Shown: positions 55,343-64,000 of the stretch, piece after piece
How positions within the stretch are numbered: position 1 is the stretch's first letter
Layout: each line of letters opens with the position of its first letter
Source of the DNA: Candidatus Heimdallarchaeota archaeon
Lineage (GTDB): Archaea > Asgardarchaeota > Heimdallarchaeia > Heimdallarchaeales > Heimdallarchaeaceae
Assembly (NCBI GenBank): GCA_018238545.1
Contig: JABCTC010000018.1
Location: forward strand, 6,310 to 70,309
Reading direction: 5' to 3'
DNA: 64,000 nt
Translations under genes and position numbers: made by a program
The notes under the pieces: generated by a model
What the model was told of the DNA's origin: nothing
Database searches by the model: none
What the model saw: the letters and a program-made list of their open reading frames with translations, nothing else

Positions 55343-57121
55343 TTACTTCTTCTTGGTTTTAGGTTTAGCTGTAGATTTCATCTTACTGTTAATAAGAGTA
55401 ATAGTTAACAAGAAAAATATCAGTTGTGAACCTAAAACAATTCCAGAAAAGATTAGTAACTCACCAATTTCGAGTGAAGCGAAGATACCAGTAGAAGTTT
55501 CTTCTATAACTTCAACAAACTCAACATTAGAGACAAGACTGTCTCCGTATTCATTTATAGCTACAATGGCGTAATAATAGTAACCGGTTGCATTAACAGT
55601 ATCAGTATAAGATGCAGTAGTAGAAGTATCTATTGGTGTTAATCCTGAAACTGAGGAGAATTGAGATGTTTCTCTAAATATTTCATAATTTGTTGCATCT
55701 TGTACTGATGACCAGCTCAAAAAAATATTTCCAACAGAGATAGGGTTTGGATTTATCTCATCTAAGACGGGTTGTATAGGAGTTCCTACGAATTTCTTGT
55801 AGAAAAGATCATTATCTGCACCTGAACCTAATAAACTTGGATCATTATCGAGGAAAATCGTATGCACATGACCTAAAGAATCAACTGCTAAATCTGGGTA
55901 GAAAGAACTAGCTATGTGGTTGTAAGTAAGAATAGCTAAAGAAGACCAAGTGTGTGTATTTAAATCAAGATACTTGAATAAGATATTATTACCTGTACCT
56001 CCTCCACCAACATCTGTAGTATCTTCCCAAATAACATAAATACTATTTGTACCGTCAACATCAACTTCTGGACGAAAAGCAGTTCCTGTACTCTCTGTTG
56101 AAACAATGTCTGATATTGACCATGAATCAAGACTGGAGTCATAGCTCTTATAGAAAATATCAGCGTCAGTTCCTGCTCCTTCATAATCTGAATAGTCGTA
56201 CCAAACAATGTGAATCATACCATCTACTCCTTTAGAAAGACTAGGTGATGCAGATGTGCTATCACTTTCGGAACTTATTAATTTTAAAGGAGACCAAGTA
56301 ATGAGATCTTTGTCCAGTTGTCGATAAAATACATCTTGGTCAGTACCAGCTCCTAAAACATCTGAGAGATCATTCCAAGCTATTATTACGTTTTCTTGTG
56401 AATCAAGTTGTATTTCTGGATTATATGCAGATTGTATACTTAAATCCGTAACTATTTCAGCTGCGGACCAAATCCCTACTGCAGATCTATGTTTGTAATA
56501 AATATCTTGATCCCCATCAACGATTATGATATCTGCAAAATCCTCCCAAACAACATGTGTTACACCATTTGAATCAGCTACTATCGATACGTAAGTAGAT
56601 GTACTGTCACTTTCTACTGAAACAAGTTCAACTGCTCCCCATCCAGAAGAAGTTTTTCCCCTATAACAGATATCTCTATCAGGACCTGATCCCAAAATAT
56701 CATCTGATTCAAGCCATACTATATGTATTGAGCCTGCTGAATCAATAGCAATTTCAGACACTTCAGAAAAACTTGAACTACCAGTTGATACAAGTTCTAG
56801 TTCAGACCAGCTCTTAGTTACATAATCAAATTTCTTATAAAACACGTCTAAGTCAGTTCCTGCACTCAGAATATCTTCACCTGAGGAGGTTACTATGTGT
56901 ATATCATTTCTGTTATCAACAGCGATTCTAGAATAAGAATTAGGTGTATCAAATTCTGTGGAAATTAGTTCCAGTGGTTCCCACCACCAAGAAGATAGAT
57001 CTTTGTTATTTACAGATTGTTCTGTCATATTCTCATATATCATTGAGTTTGTTAACGAAGATATTGGAATTATCATTAACAACATTATCATAAAAATACT
57101 AGCAATTCTTTTCAATTTCAC
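55343..57121 (-). CDS. Surface protein: signal peptide, about 7 beta-propeller-like repeats, FN3-like domain, C-terminal TM helix + Lys-rich tail
   Basis: MKLKRIASIFMIMLLMIIPISS signal. Seven units of about 55 aa of the form W.xLElvStxS....S.iA.Ds.G.iHivW.d.sDiLGsGtD.DifYk. FN3-like segment PISVGNIFLSWSS...YEIFRET...YYYAIVAINEYGDS. C-terminus LLIFSGIVLGSQLIFFLLTITLINSKMKSTAKPKTKKK. Confidence 0.75.
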   Translation of the reverse strand: MKLKRIASIFMIMLLMIIPISSLTNSMIYENMTEQSVNNKDLSSWWWEPLELISTEFDTPNSYSRIAVDNRNDIHIVTSSGEDILSAGTDLDVFYKKFDYVTKSWSELELVSTGSSSFSEVSEIAIDSAGSIHIVWLESDDILGSGPDRDICYRGKTSSGWGAVELVSVESDSTSTYVSIVADSNGVTHVVWEDFADIIIVDGDQDIYYKHRSAVGIWSAAEIVTDLSIQSAYNPEIQLDSQENVIIAWNDLSDVLGAGTDQDVFYRQLDKDLITWSPLKLISSESDSTSASPSLSKGVDGMIHIVWYDYSDYEGAGTDADIFYKSYDSSLDSWSISDIVSTESTGTAFRPEVDVDGTNSIYVIWEDTTDVGGGGTGNNILFKYLDLNTHTWSSLAILTYNHIASSFYPDLAVDSLGHVHTIFLDNDPSLLGSGADNDLFYKKFVGTPIQPVLDEINPNPISVGNIFLSWSSVQDATNYEIFRETSQFSSVSGLTPIDTSTTASYTDTVNATGYYYYAIVAINEYGDSLVSNVEFVEVIEETSTGIFASLEIGELLIFSGIVLGSQLIFFLLTITLINSKMKSTAKPKTKKK

Positions 57122-57291
57122 TGAAGTTCACCAAATACAACTGTAATGTTCTTAATCTATAAATATTCTGCTAACCTTTAAGGATAAAATTCCATTAAAA
57201 AATCAAAACATCAGAATAAAACCATTCAATGATTAGATTGAAAGTATTATTTTATATTGTAAAACAAAAGGAAAAATGAAAAGAAGAAGAA

Positions 57292-59076
57292 TTACTTTTT
57301 CTTCTTTCCTGTTTTAGGTTTGGACGTAGATTGAATTTTACTATTAATAAGAGTAATAGTTAGCAAGAAAAATATCAGTTGTAAGCCTAGAACAATTCCA
57401 GAAAAGATTAGTAACTCGCCAATTCCGAGTGAAGAAAAGATACCTGTAGAAGTTTCTTCTATGACTTCAACAAACTCAACATTTGAGACAAGGCTTTCTC
57501 CGTATTCATTTGTCGCTACTACAGCGTAATAATAGTACCCGGTGGCATTAACAGTGTCAGTATAAGATGTTAATGTAGAAGTGTCTATTGCCGTCAATCC
57601 TGAAACTGAGGAGAATTGAGATGTTTCTCGATATATTTCATAATTTATTACATCTTTTGCTGATGACCAGCTCAAAGAAATATTTCCAATAGAGAGAGGA
57701 TTTGGGTTTATTTCAGCTAAGATTGGTTGCATAGGTGTTCCTACAAATTTCTTGTAAAAAAGGTCCCAATCTGAACCAGAGCCTAGTAAACTTCCATCAG
57801 TATCAAGAAAAATAGCATGAACATGTCCTAAGGAGTCAACTGCTAAATCTGGATTAGTAGAAGCAGATGCATGATCATAAGTAAGAATAGTTCGAGAAGA
57901 CCAAGTGTGTGTATTTAAATCAAGATACTTAAAAAAGATATTAGTACCAATACCCACGCCACCAACAGCTAAAGAATCTTGCCAAATAACATAAACATAT
58001 TCTGTACCATAAACATCAATCTCTGCATTAAAAGAACTTCCAGTATTCGCGGTTGAAACAACTTCCGTGACGGACAACGAATCTAGATTGGAATCATAAT
58101 ACCTATAGAGAATATCAGAGTCAGTTCCTGAGCCCAAGATATCAGAAGAATCTTGCCAAACAATATGGAGCTGACCTTCTACACCTTTAGAGATTTTAGG
58201 TCCTGTAGAGCTGAGATCACTTCCAGAACTAATTAATTTAATGGGAGACCAAGTGATGAGGTCTTTATTCAGTTTTCGATAGAAAACATCTCCGTCAGGA
58301 CCAGAACCTAAAATATCTGTGAGATCATACCAAACAATAAAAATATTTTCTTGGGAATCAAGTTGAATATCTGGATTATATGTGGAAGATGTACTCATAT
58401 CAGTAACTATTTCAGCTGCTGACCATATTCCTGCTGCAGATCTATGTTTGTAATAAATATCTTGATCCCCATCAGCAATTAAGTAATTTGCAAAATCCTC
58501 CCAAATCACATGTGCGACACCATTTGAATCAGCTATAATCGCTAAGTAAGTTGATGTACTGTCACTTTCTGTTGAAACAAGTTCAGTAGATCCCCATCCA
58601 GAAGAAGTTTTTTGCCTATAACAGATATCTCTATCGGTACCTGAACCCAAAATGTTATCTGATTCAAGCCAAGCTATATGTACGGTTCCCGATGGATCAA
58701 CTGCAATTTCTGATACTTCAGAAGCACCCGAACTATCTGTTGAAACAAGTTCAAGTTCAGACCAGCTCTTTGTCTCATAAATATATTTCTTATAAAAAAC
58801 ATCTCTATCAGTTCCTGCACTCAAAATATCATCAGTGGAGTAGGTTATAACATGTATATTATTCTGGATATCAATAGCAATTTTAGGTACATAATTATTG
58901 GCATCAGATTCAGCAGAGAGAAGCTCTAAGGGTTCCCACCACCAAGAAGATAGATCATTATCAATTACGTTCTGATTTGTCATATTATCATAAATCTTTG
59001 AGTTTGTTAACGAAGAAATAGGAATTATCATTAACAACATTAGCATAAAAACACAAGCAATTCTTTTCACTTTCAC
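57292..59076 (-). CDS. Surface beta-propeller-repeat / FN3 / TM-anchored protein (paralog)
   Basis: Same architecture as 55343..57121 and about 70% identical. Ends ...LINSKIQSTSKPKTGKKKK. Confidence 0.75.
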   Translation of the reverse strand: MKVKRIACVFMLMLLMIIPISSLTNSKIYDNMTNQNVIDNDLSSWWWEPLELLSAESDANNYVPKIAIDIQNNIHVITYSTDDILSAGTDRDVFYKKYIYETKSWSELELVSTDSSGASEVSEIAVDPSGTVHIAWLESDNILGSGTDRDICYRQKTSSGWGSTELVSTESDSTSTYLAIIADSNGVAHVIWEDFANYLIADGDQDIYYKHRSAAGIWSAAEIVTDMSTSSTYNPDIQLDSQENIFIVWYDLTDILGSGPDGDVFYRKLNKDLITWSPIKLISSGSDLSSTGPKISKGVEGQLHIVWQDSSDILGSGTDSDILYRYYDSNLDSLSVTEVVSTANTGSSFNAEIDVYGTEYVYVIWQDSLAVGGVGIGTNIFFKYLDLNTHTWSSRTILTYDHASASTNPDLAVDSLGHVHAIFLDTDGSLLGSGSDWDLFYKKFVGTPMQPILAEINPNPLSIGNISLSWSSAKDVINYEIYRETSQFSSVSGLTAIDTSTLTSYTDTVNATGYYYYAVVATNEYGESLVSNVEFVEVIEETSTGIFSSLGIGELLIFSGIVLGLQLIFFLLTITLINSKIQSTSKPKTGKKKK

Positions 59077-59180
59077 TGTAATTCACCAAATACAACTGTA
59101 ATGTTCTTAATCTATAAATATTCTGCAAAACTTTGGGAAAAACATATAATCGGCTATTTAATGGATTAGTTTGAAAGAAA

Positions 59181-59611
59181 ATGAGCGTCAAAAAGGAAAT
59201 TTCTTTTCCTATATGGTCATCCGTTATGATTTTAGAAATGATAATTATGATGGTTCAAGCCATAATATTTGGTTCGTTAATATACATTATTCCTTGGTGT
59301 TGGTGTATAATACAACCACTTCCAATTCCAGCTGTTCTTCAAATCATTGTTACAGACTGTCTCGCAATTTCTATATTTCTTATATTTGTTATCTACTCTC
59401 GAAGGGGGGTTTTCCTCAAAAAAGTCTATATGGTCTGTTGAGATTACTTAACATCATTTTCAGCGTAGTTCTAACAATTTGTTTCTTCATTGATATTCAA
59501 GGATTTGAATTACACCTGAGTGGATATTTACTTGTATATTCTCTTCCCTTTTGTTTCGTGATACCTCTAATATCATTGGTTTTACTACTAAAAAGCAAGA
59601 AGAAAGCTTGA
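59181..59611 (+). pseudogene. Small polytopic membrane protein gene disrupted by a frameshift in a G6 tract (paralog of 59683..60123)
   Basis: The N-terminal half reads in frame 0 (MSVKKEISFPIWSS...VIYSRRGVF-stop) and the C-terminal half in frame 2 (...GGFPQKSLYGLLRLLNIIFSVVL...LLLKSKKKA). Both halves align to the intact paralog (MSFLVWSS...IFYSRKTYFPNLRLYVLLRIINIIVSAIL...FLIKSKNTD). The frame switch is at gggggg, 59404..59409; inserting one G restores a single ORF. Confidence 0.55.
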
Positions 59612-59682
59612 GATTAGAAATTCCTTGTAGTTTTCTAGAATGATACTGGAAAGATTTTTAAACATTTATTAATTCAAATTTT

Positions 59683-60123
59683 TTGGTAAATATGAACGAA
59701 AGAACAGAGATGTCGTTCCTTGTTTGGTCATCTTTTATTGTATCAGAAATGGTATTCATGATCCTTCAATCTTTTATATTTCCACTATCAATTACTGGAA
59801 TTTTAATTTGTTCATGCCTTCGATTTGATTTCATCTTTTCCTATCAAATTTTCATAATCATAATTGATATTCTTATATTCTCAACATTCTGTTTTGCTAT
59901 ATTTTACAGTAGAAAAACATACTTTCCAAATTTGAGATTATATGTTTTATTGAGAATAATAAACATAATTGTAAGTGCAATATTATTGGGTATCTTCCTC
60001 TGGGTTATACGAAATAAAATACTATCTTTGACTGATTATATTCTTACATTTTCTTTGATTTTATGCTTCTTAATGCCCCTCTTAACATTGATATTTCTAA
60101 TTAAAAGCAAAAATACAGATTAG
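59683..60123 (+). CDS. Small polytopic membrane protein (4 TM), intact paralog
   Basis: 146 aa with four hydrophobic segments and a Lys-rich C-terminus. Confidence 0.55.
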   Translation: MVNMNERTEMSFLVWSSFIVSEMVFMILQSFIFPLSITGILICSCLRFDFIFSYQIFIIIIDILIFSTFCFAIFYSRKTYFPNLRLYVLLRIINIIVSAILLGIFLWVIRNKILSLTDYILTFSLILCFLMPLLTLIFLIKSKNTD

Positions 60124-60146
60124 CAAAAAAACTTTTTAATAAACAA

Positions 60147-60557
60147 ATGAATCAATACACGACATTATTCGTTGGTGTTATCATGATAGGTCGAAGTATA
60201 AACTGTTATATCTGTGGATCCACCAAGATCAAAGAAACGTATCGAAGCAAGTACGGAAGGGAACGAATTATTCAATCCAATTTTGGGAGGCGAATGTATT
60301 GTTCTAAGGAATGTAAGATGATGGGAGTTTGGAAAAGAAAAATGATTGAGGGCATTATAGCTATAATTATCTTCACTATCGGTGAAGTTTCTCTACTTTA
60401 TGTTAATCTACGATGGGATGCTGATTGGATGATAATTGCAAATAGTATTTTAATTCCTCTTGTTGGAGTTGTTATTGGTTCTTTAGTTTTGTTCCAAGGA
60501 ATTAAAGGTAAGAGACTGAAGGAAGAGTTTGAATTAAGATCCTATAATGGGGTTTAA
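60147..60557 (+). CDS. Small membrane protein with N-terminal Cys motif (CYIC...CSKEC) and 2 TM helices
   Basis: 136-aa ORF. A zinc-ribbon-like spacing is followed by IIAIIIFTIGEVSLLYV and ILIPLVGVVIGSLVLF. Confidence 0.4.
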   Translation: MNQYTTLFVGVIMIGRSINCYICGSTKIKETYRSKYGRERIIQSNFGRRMYCSKECKMMGVWKRKMIEGIIAIIIFTIGEVSLLYVNLRWDADWMIIANSILIPLVGVVIGSLVLFQGIKGKRLKEEFELRSYNGV

Positions 60558-60572
60558 TCATAAAACTATTTC

Positions 60573-61103
60573 GTGTTTTCCAATATTTATAGACTAATCT
60601 TAAAAAGTATAAGCATTATAATTAATGTAGATAGAATGAAAGAAACAAAGTATTCCATGTCAGGTTTTATGAAAATCTTCAAGATGCCAATAATGACAGA
60701 ATTAACTTTATTATTATTTGTGATTATATTTTTTGAAAGTTTTTTCTTAACCTTAAAACTTGATGGAAATTTAATTTGTACAGAGTATAAATTTAGTTCA
60801 GGTCTTCTTGTTATTCTCTTGTTTACTTCATTATTTTCTTTTGCAAATTTTGGCAATATTATAACTGAAGATGCAAAGAGATCCGTTTTTCGAACTTTCA
60901 TGATAACAAGAGGATTAGCTATTACTTATTCGATTATAAGAAGAATAACAATAACATTTTATCATTTTAACTACTGTGGTTGGGTAAATTATTGGTACTA
61001 TCTTTTAGGGGATATTTTAATTCTAATATTGATTTTTGAATATGGATATGCAATAACCTATCACATAAGAACGAAGTATAAAACTATAGAAAAAAAAGCA
61101 TAA
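60573..61103 (+). CDS. Hypothetical polytopic membrane protein
   Basis: 176 aa with 4-5 hydrophobic segments. Confidence 0.4.
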   Translation: MFSNIYRLILKSISIIINVDRMKETKYSMSGFMKIFKMPIMTELTLLLFVIIFFESFFLTLKLDGNLICTEYKFSSGLLVILLFTSLFSFANFGNIITEDAKRSVFRTFMITRGLAITYSIIRRITITFYHFNYCGWVNYWYYLLGDILILILIFEYGYAITYHIRTKYKTIEKKA

Positions 61104-61114
61104 GAGAAGAGAGA

Positions 61115-62938
61115 TTACTTCTTCTTCTTACCTGTTTTCTTACCTGACTTTTTTGATGCAGATTTCTTACTCTTTGATGAGAGTAGGTAATACAAAATTA
61201 CAGCAATTAAAATCTCAGCACCTAGTAGGATCCCTCCTAAAATTAGTAACATATTCCAGTCAAAATTGTCAAAGAAACCAGGACCGTCTGATTCACTTAA
61301 GATTTCAACATAAACAACATTAGATAAAACACTATCACCATAATCAGAAACGGCAACTACAGCATAATAGTAGGTATTGGGAGTGGTTATAGTATCTACA
61401 AAACTACCGCTTAAACTATTCCCTATAGATGTTAAACTAGATATGTCTGTAATAAATGTCGTATCTTTATATATTTTATAAGAGGTTGCTCCAAGTGTTT
61501 CCACCCACCTGAGATTAACTTGGGTATTAGTTGTGCTTTTAGGATAGATCTCTAACAAAAATGGACTGGAAGGAGAACCAACAAATTTCTTGTAAAATAA
61601 GTCATAATCAGTTCCTGCTCCATCAAAATCTGTATTGTCTGCCCACAAAGCGTGAATATAACCCTTTGAATCAGCTGTTAAGCTATACATGTACTGAGAA
61701 CTCCAGTCTATACTTTCACTTGATACATAAGTGGGTGGAGACCATTCATCAGACCCAAATAATTTGGTTTTATGGTATAACCTATAGGTTTCAACTCCAA
61801 AGTATAGATCTTCATAAATGATATGAAGATTATCAAATAGATCTACACAGATATCTGAACGATCTGTTTGTCCTAGACTATCATCTGTGATAATTTCTGT
61901 TGTTAACGACCATTGATCTTGAACAGAATCCCAACTTGCATAGTATAAATCATCGAGTAAATCTGAATCATAAGAAGGTATTTGATCACTCCAAATAATA
62001 TGAACAGAATTTTGTGAATCTGAGCATATAGAAGGATAAGAAGAAAGCTCGTCACTTTCAGGTGAAAGTAGTATGAGTGGATAATCCCAGAGACCGGTGT
62101 TCAGATCTTTTTTATAGTAATATATGTCAATATCAGTTCCATCAGAGTTAAAGTCATGACTTTCCATCCACACAAAATGAGCTATGTTGTCTGAACTAAC
62201 TGTAATAGCAGCAGATGTTGATGCACTATCACTCAAAAGTGAAATTAATTCAGGGGATGACCATAAACCTGTACTGATTGAACGTGTCTGATAGAATACG
62301 TCCATATCAGCCCCTACTGAACCATAGGGAGTCATATCTGTATATACTACATGCACATTACCTGAAGAATCTACATCCATGTCAGGAAGATAAGCAATAG
62401 CTAAACTTTGTGATGTTACAACCTCGACTGGTGACCAAGTATCTGTTATATTATTGTAGTTTATGTAAAATAAGTCTTCATCACTTCCACTACTTAGCAA
62501 ATCATTAGTATTATCGCTCCAGACAATGTGTATGTTATCTTGTCCATCGATGACTATCTGTGCATCTCTACAAAAAGTACTAGCAGTACTATCTACAGAA
62601 ATGAGAAATGGAGAACTCCATACTTCAGTTGTAGAATCCCATTTCATGTACCATATATCACTATCCGTTCCCGATATTGAACCATAATCTTGCTTATCTC
62701 GCCAAACTGCATGAATATTTTCTTGACTATCAATTGCCATTTCTGGGTACCAGGATTCAAGCCCACTTGTTGTTGTCAGAACTTCTGTTTCTGTCCAGTA
62801 CCATTCTGAATAGTCATAATTTGTCAATGAATGATCCTGTTCAACACCGTTTTCTAAAGATAGACCTTTACTCGAAAATGAAAATGATGTTACAAAGAGC
62901 AGTATCATTAAAATACATGCTAATTTTTCTTTCTTCAT
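61115..62938 (-). CDS. Surface beta-propeller-repeat / FN3 / TM-anchored protein (divergent paralog)
   Basis: MKKEKLACILMILLFVTSFSFSS signal. Repeats IHAVWRD...GTDSDIWY, IHIVWSD...GSDEDLFY and others. FN3-like ...VNLRWVE...YKIYKDT...YYYAVVAVSDYGDS. C-terminus LLILGGILLGAEILIAVILYYLLSSKSKKSASKKSGKKTGKKKK. Confidence 0.75.
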   Translation of the reverse strand: MKKEKLACILMILLFVTSFSFSSKGLSLENGVEQDHSLTNYDYSEWYWTETEVLTTTSGLESWYPEMAIDSQENIHAVWRDKQDYGSISGTDSDIWYMKWDSTTEVWSSPFLISVDSTASTFCRDAQIVIDGQDNIHIVWSDNTNDLLSSGSDEDLFYINYNNITDTWSPVEVVTSQSLAIAYLPDMDVDSSGNVHVVYTDMTPYGSVGADMDVFYQTRSISTGLWSSPELISLLSDSASTSAAITVSSDNIAHFVWMESHDFNSDGTDIDIYYYKKDLNTGLWDYPLILLSPESDELSSYPSICSDSQNSVHIIWSDQIPSYDSDLLDDLYYASWDSVQDQWSLTTEIITDDSLGQTDRSDICVDLFDNLHIIYEDLYFGVETYRLYHKTKLFGSDEWSPPTYVSSESIDWSSQYMYSLTADSKGYIHALWADNTDFDGAGTDYDLFYKKFVGSPSSPFLLEIYPKSTTNTQVNLRWVETLGATSYKIYKDTTFITDISSLTSIGNSLSGSFVDTITTPNTYYYAVVAVSDYGDSVLSNVVYVEILSESDGPGFFDNFDWNMLLILGGILLGAEILIAVILYYLLSSKSKKSASKKSGKKTGKKKK

Positions 62939-63109
62939 CTAAAACACTAATACCCATATTGATACATCCTATCTAAAAGTGTTATTCACTAAATTTCTAA
63001 AGAATATTGAAAAAGGAAATGAAAAGAAGAACTACTTTTGCAATCAAACTACATTGCATAATACAACAATTTATCTTGTTTTTCTGAATCTTGAACTTTT
63101 TCTGTGTTT

Positions 63110-64000
63110 TCACTGGTGTTTGAACCAGTCTACTGTTTCTTTGATAGCTACAGTATGGTCAGTATATTCTGTTGTATTAAATGTTGAAGCATATTTTGTT
63201 CCGTCAATTATAAACGGGTATTTCCACTCATAATTTAATTCTTTTAGTTCTTTCACGATAGGAACTAACATAGATAGAATCTTAATTGTGCTTTCACTTA
63301 ATACTTTCATCTTGGGCTCTTGATTCAACTCTTCAAATATCATAGTGATGAATTCTCGACCTGTAACAGCTTCTGCTCCTTCGACATGGAATATTTGCCC
63401 ATAAGAATTTGGGTTCTCCGATGTTGTTACCATTCCTTTAGCTGCATCTCGTATATAGATCATTGAATGTTTCTTATCTAGATCTACCAACCATGTTGCT
63501 GATTTGCCTTTAACAGGATTTTCTAGTAGTGGTTTAGTAAAACCATTAACAACATTAGGACCATAGAAATCTCCAAAACGTACAATAACAGCATTGATAT
63601 CTCCTTTAGTGTGAGCTTCTAGTATTTGTTTTGCTAAACGTATCCGAAGTTTTCCCTTCTTACCTTGAGCATTAAGTGGGTGTTCTTCAGATATCTTATC
63701 TCCTTGCATTTTTCCATACATGTACAGATTATCTGCAAAAACCAGATTAGATCCAACTTCCTTAACAGCTGATAGAATGTTATTGTTAATAATTGGAAAC
63801 TCTTTTAGCCATTTTGTATAATTCACGTTAGCACAATGATAAACTACTTCCGCTCCTTGAATTGCTTCTATAGTTTCTTTCTGTTCCATTAAATCAGCTT
63901 GTCTGATTTCTACATTGATATCTTGAAACAATTTCTTTGCTCTCTGAGTGTTTCTTGTTACTGCAATTACGGATCTTTTTCTCTTCGCTAGTTCAAAAAC
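63110..64000 (-). CDS. NAD-dependent epimerase/dehydratase (extended SDR) family protein, N-terminus beyond window end
   Basis: The frame remains open to position 64000 (...VFELAKRKRSVIAVTRNTQRAKKLFQDINVEI...). It has the NAD(P)-binding extended-SDR layout (...VIVRFGDFYGP...), so the Rossmann GxxGxxG lies upstream of the window. Confidence 0.65.
   Translation of the reverse strand, partial: VFELAKRKRSVIAVTRNTQRAKKLFQDINVEIRQADLMEQKETIEAIQGAEVVYHCANVNYTKWLKEFPIINNNILSAVKEVGSNLVFADNLYMYGKMQGDKISEEHPLNAQGKKGKLRIRLAKQILEAHTKGDINAVIVRFGDFYGPNVVNGFTKPLLENPVKGKSATWLVDLDKKHSMIYIRDAAKGMVTTSENPNSYGQIFHVEGAEAVTGREFITMIFEELNQEPKMKVLSESTIKILSMLVPIVKELKELNYEWKYPFIIDGTKYASTFNTTEYTDHTVAIKETVDWFKHQ

Noticed and set aside
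59171-59611. 146-aa ORF in frame 2 (MKENERQKGNFF...) treated as a separate gene
   Set aside because: Only its C-terminal half aligns with the intact paralog. The N-terminal half of the paralog aligns with frame 0 (59181..59441). It is better explained as one gene frameshifted at the G6 tract.
1-64000. Search for CRISPR arrays, tRNA and rRNA genes
   Set aside because: No regularly spaced direct repeats of 24-40 nt with unique spacers were seen. No GC-rich cloverleaf-like segments with a GTTCRA T-loop appear in the intergenic regions. No rRNA-like conserved stretches are present. All larger intergenic regions are AT-rich promoter-like DNA.

Overview
This is a low-GC (about 33%) archaeal chromosomal window. 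The gene content points to Asgard/Lokiarchaeia, but that assignment is an inference; I cannot confirm it without a database. The content includes a tungsten-type aldehyde:ferredoxin oxidoreductase, an archaeal phosphoglycerate kinase, an intein-bearing UDP-glucose dehydrogenase, TM2-domain proteins, roadblock-like proteins and a WH2-like protein. Coding density is high on both strands.

The recognisable genes are:
- Two paralogous, inverted ABC modules, each a giant FtsX-like permease plus an ATPase with tandem nucleotide-binding domains (1..1964 on the plus strand, 17003..23040 on the minus strand). They flank a block of metabolic and housekeeping genes: an atypical class II aminoacyl-tRNA synthetase that may be a methanogen-type SerRS, a SAM-dependent methyltransferase, threonine aldolase, a beta-CASP nuclease, ugd with a LAGLIDADG intein inserted at the catalytic cysteine, and a SAMHD1-like HD-domain dNTPase.
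- A PadR-like regulator next to a heterodimeric ABC exporter pair.
- Tandem paralogs combining a zinc ribbon, polyproline stretches and a TM2 domain.
- pgk.
- A tungsten-type aldehyde:ferredoxin oxidoreductase, a polyferredoxin and a MoaD-like protein. An orphan HgdC-like activase sits divergently beside this cluster.
- A protein with a roadblock-like N-terminus and a long coiled coil, co-operonic with a permease.
- A 1449-aa surface protein with a beta-helix and about forty EF-hand-like calcium-binding repeats.
- A GC-rich solo tnpB insertion sequence with a structured 3' end.
- A surface locus carrying three paralogous signal-peptide proteins (beta-propeller-like repeats, an FN3-like domain, and a C-terminal transmembrane anchor with a Lys tail). 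A decayed fourth copy lies elsewhere in the window. The locus also carries small membrane-protein paralogs, one of them frameshifted in a G6 tract, and glycan-modification genes (acyltransferase-3, a CapK-like protein, an epimerase).

The most unusual item is a low-complexity Ala/Pro-rich protein (5686..6618). It carries a strong WH2-like actin-binding motif (AIQDVKAGLKKVDQ), then a basic stretch and an acidic DDDEDEEDDF tail. This is a WASP/WAVE 'VCA'-like arrangement in an archaeon.

I found no rRNA, tRNA or CRISPR array.
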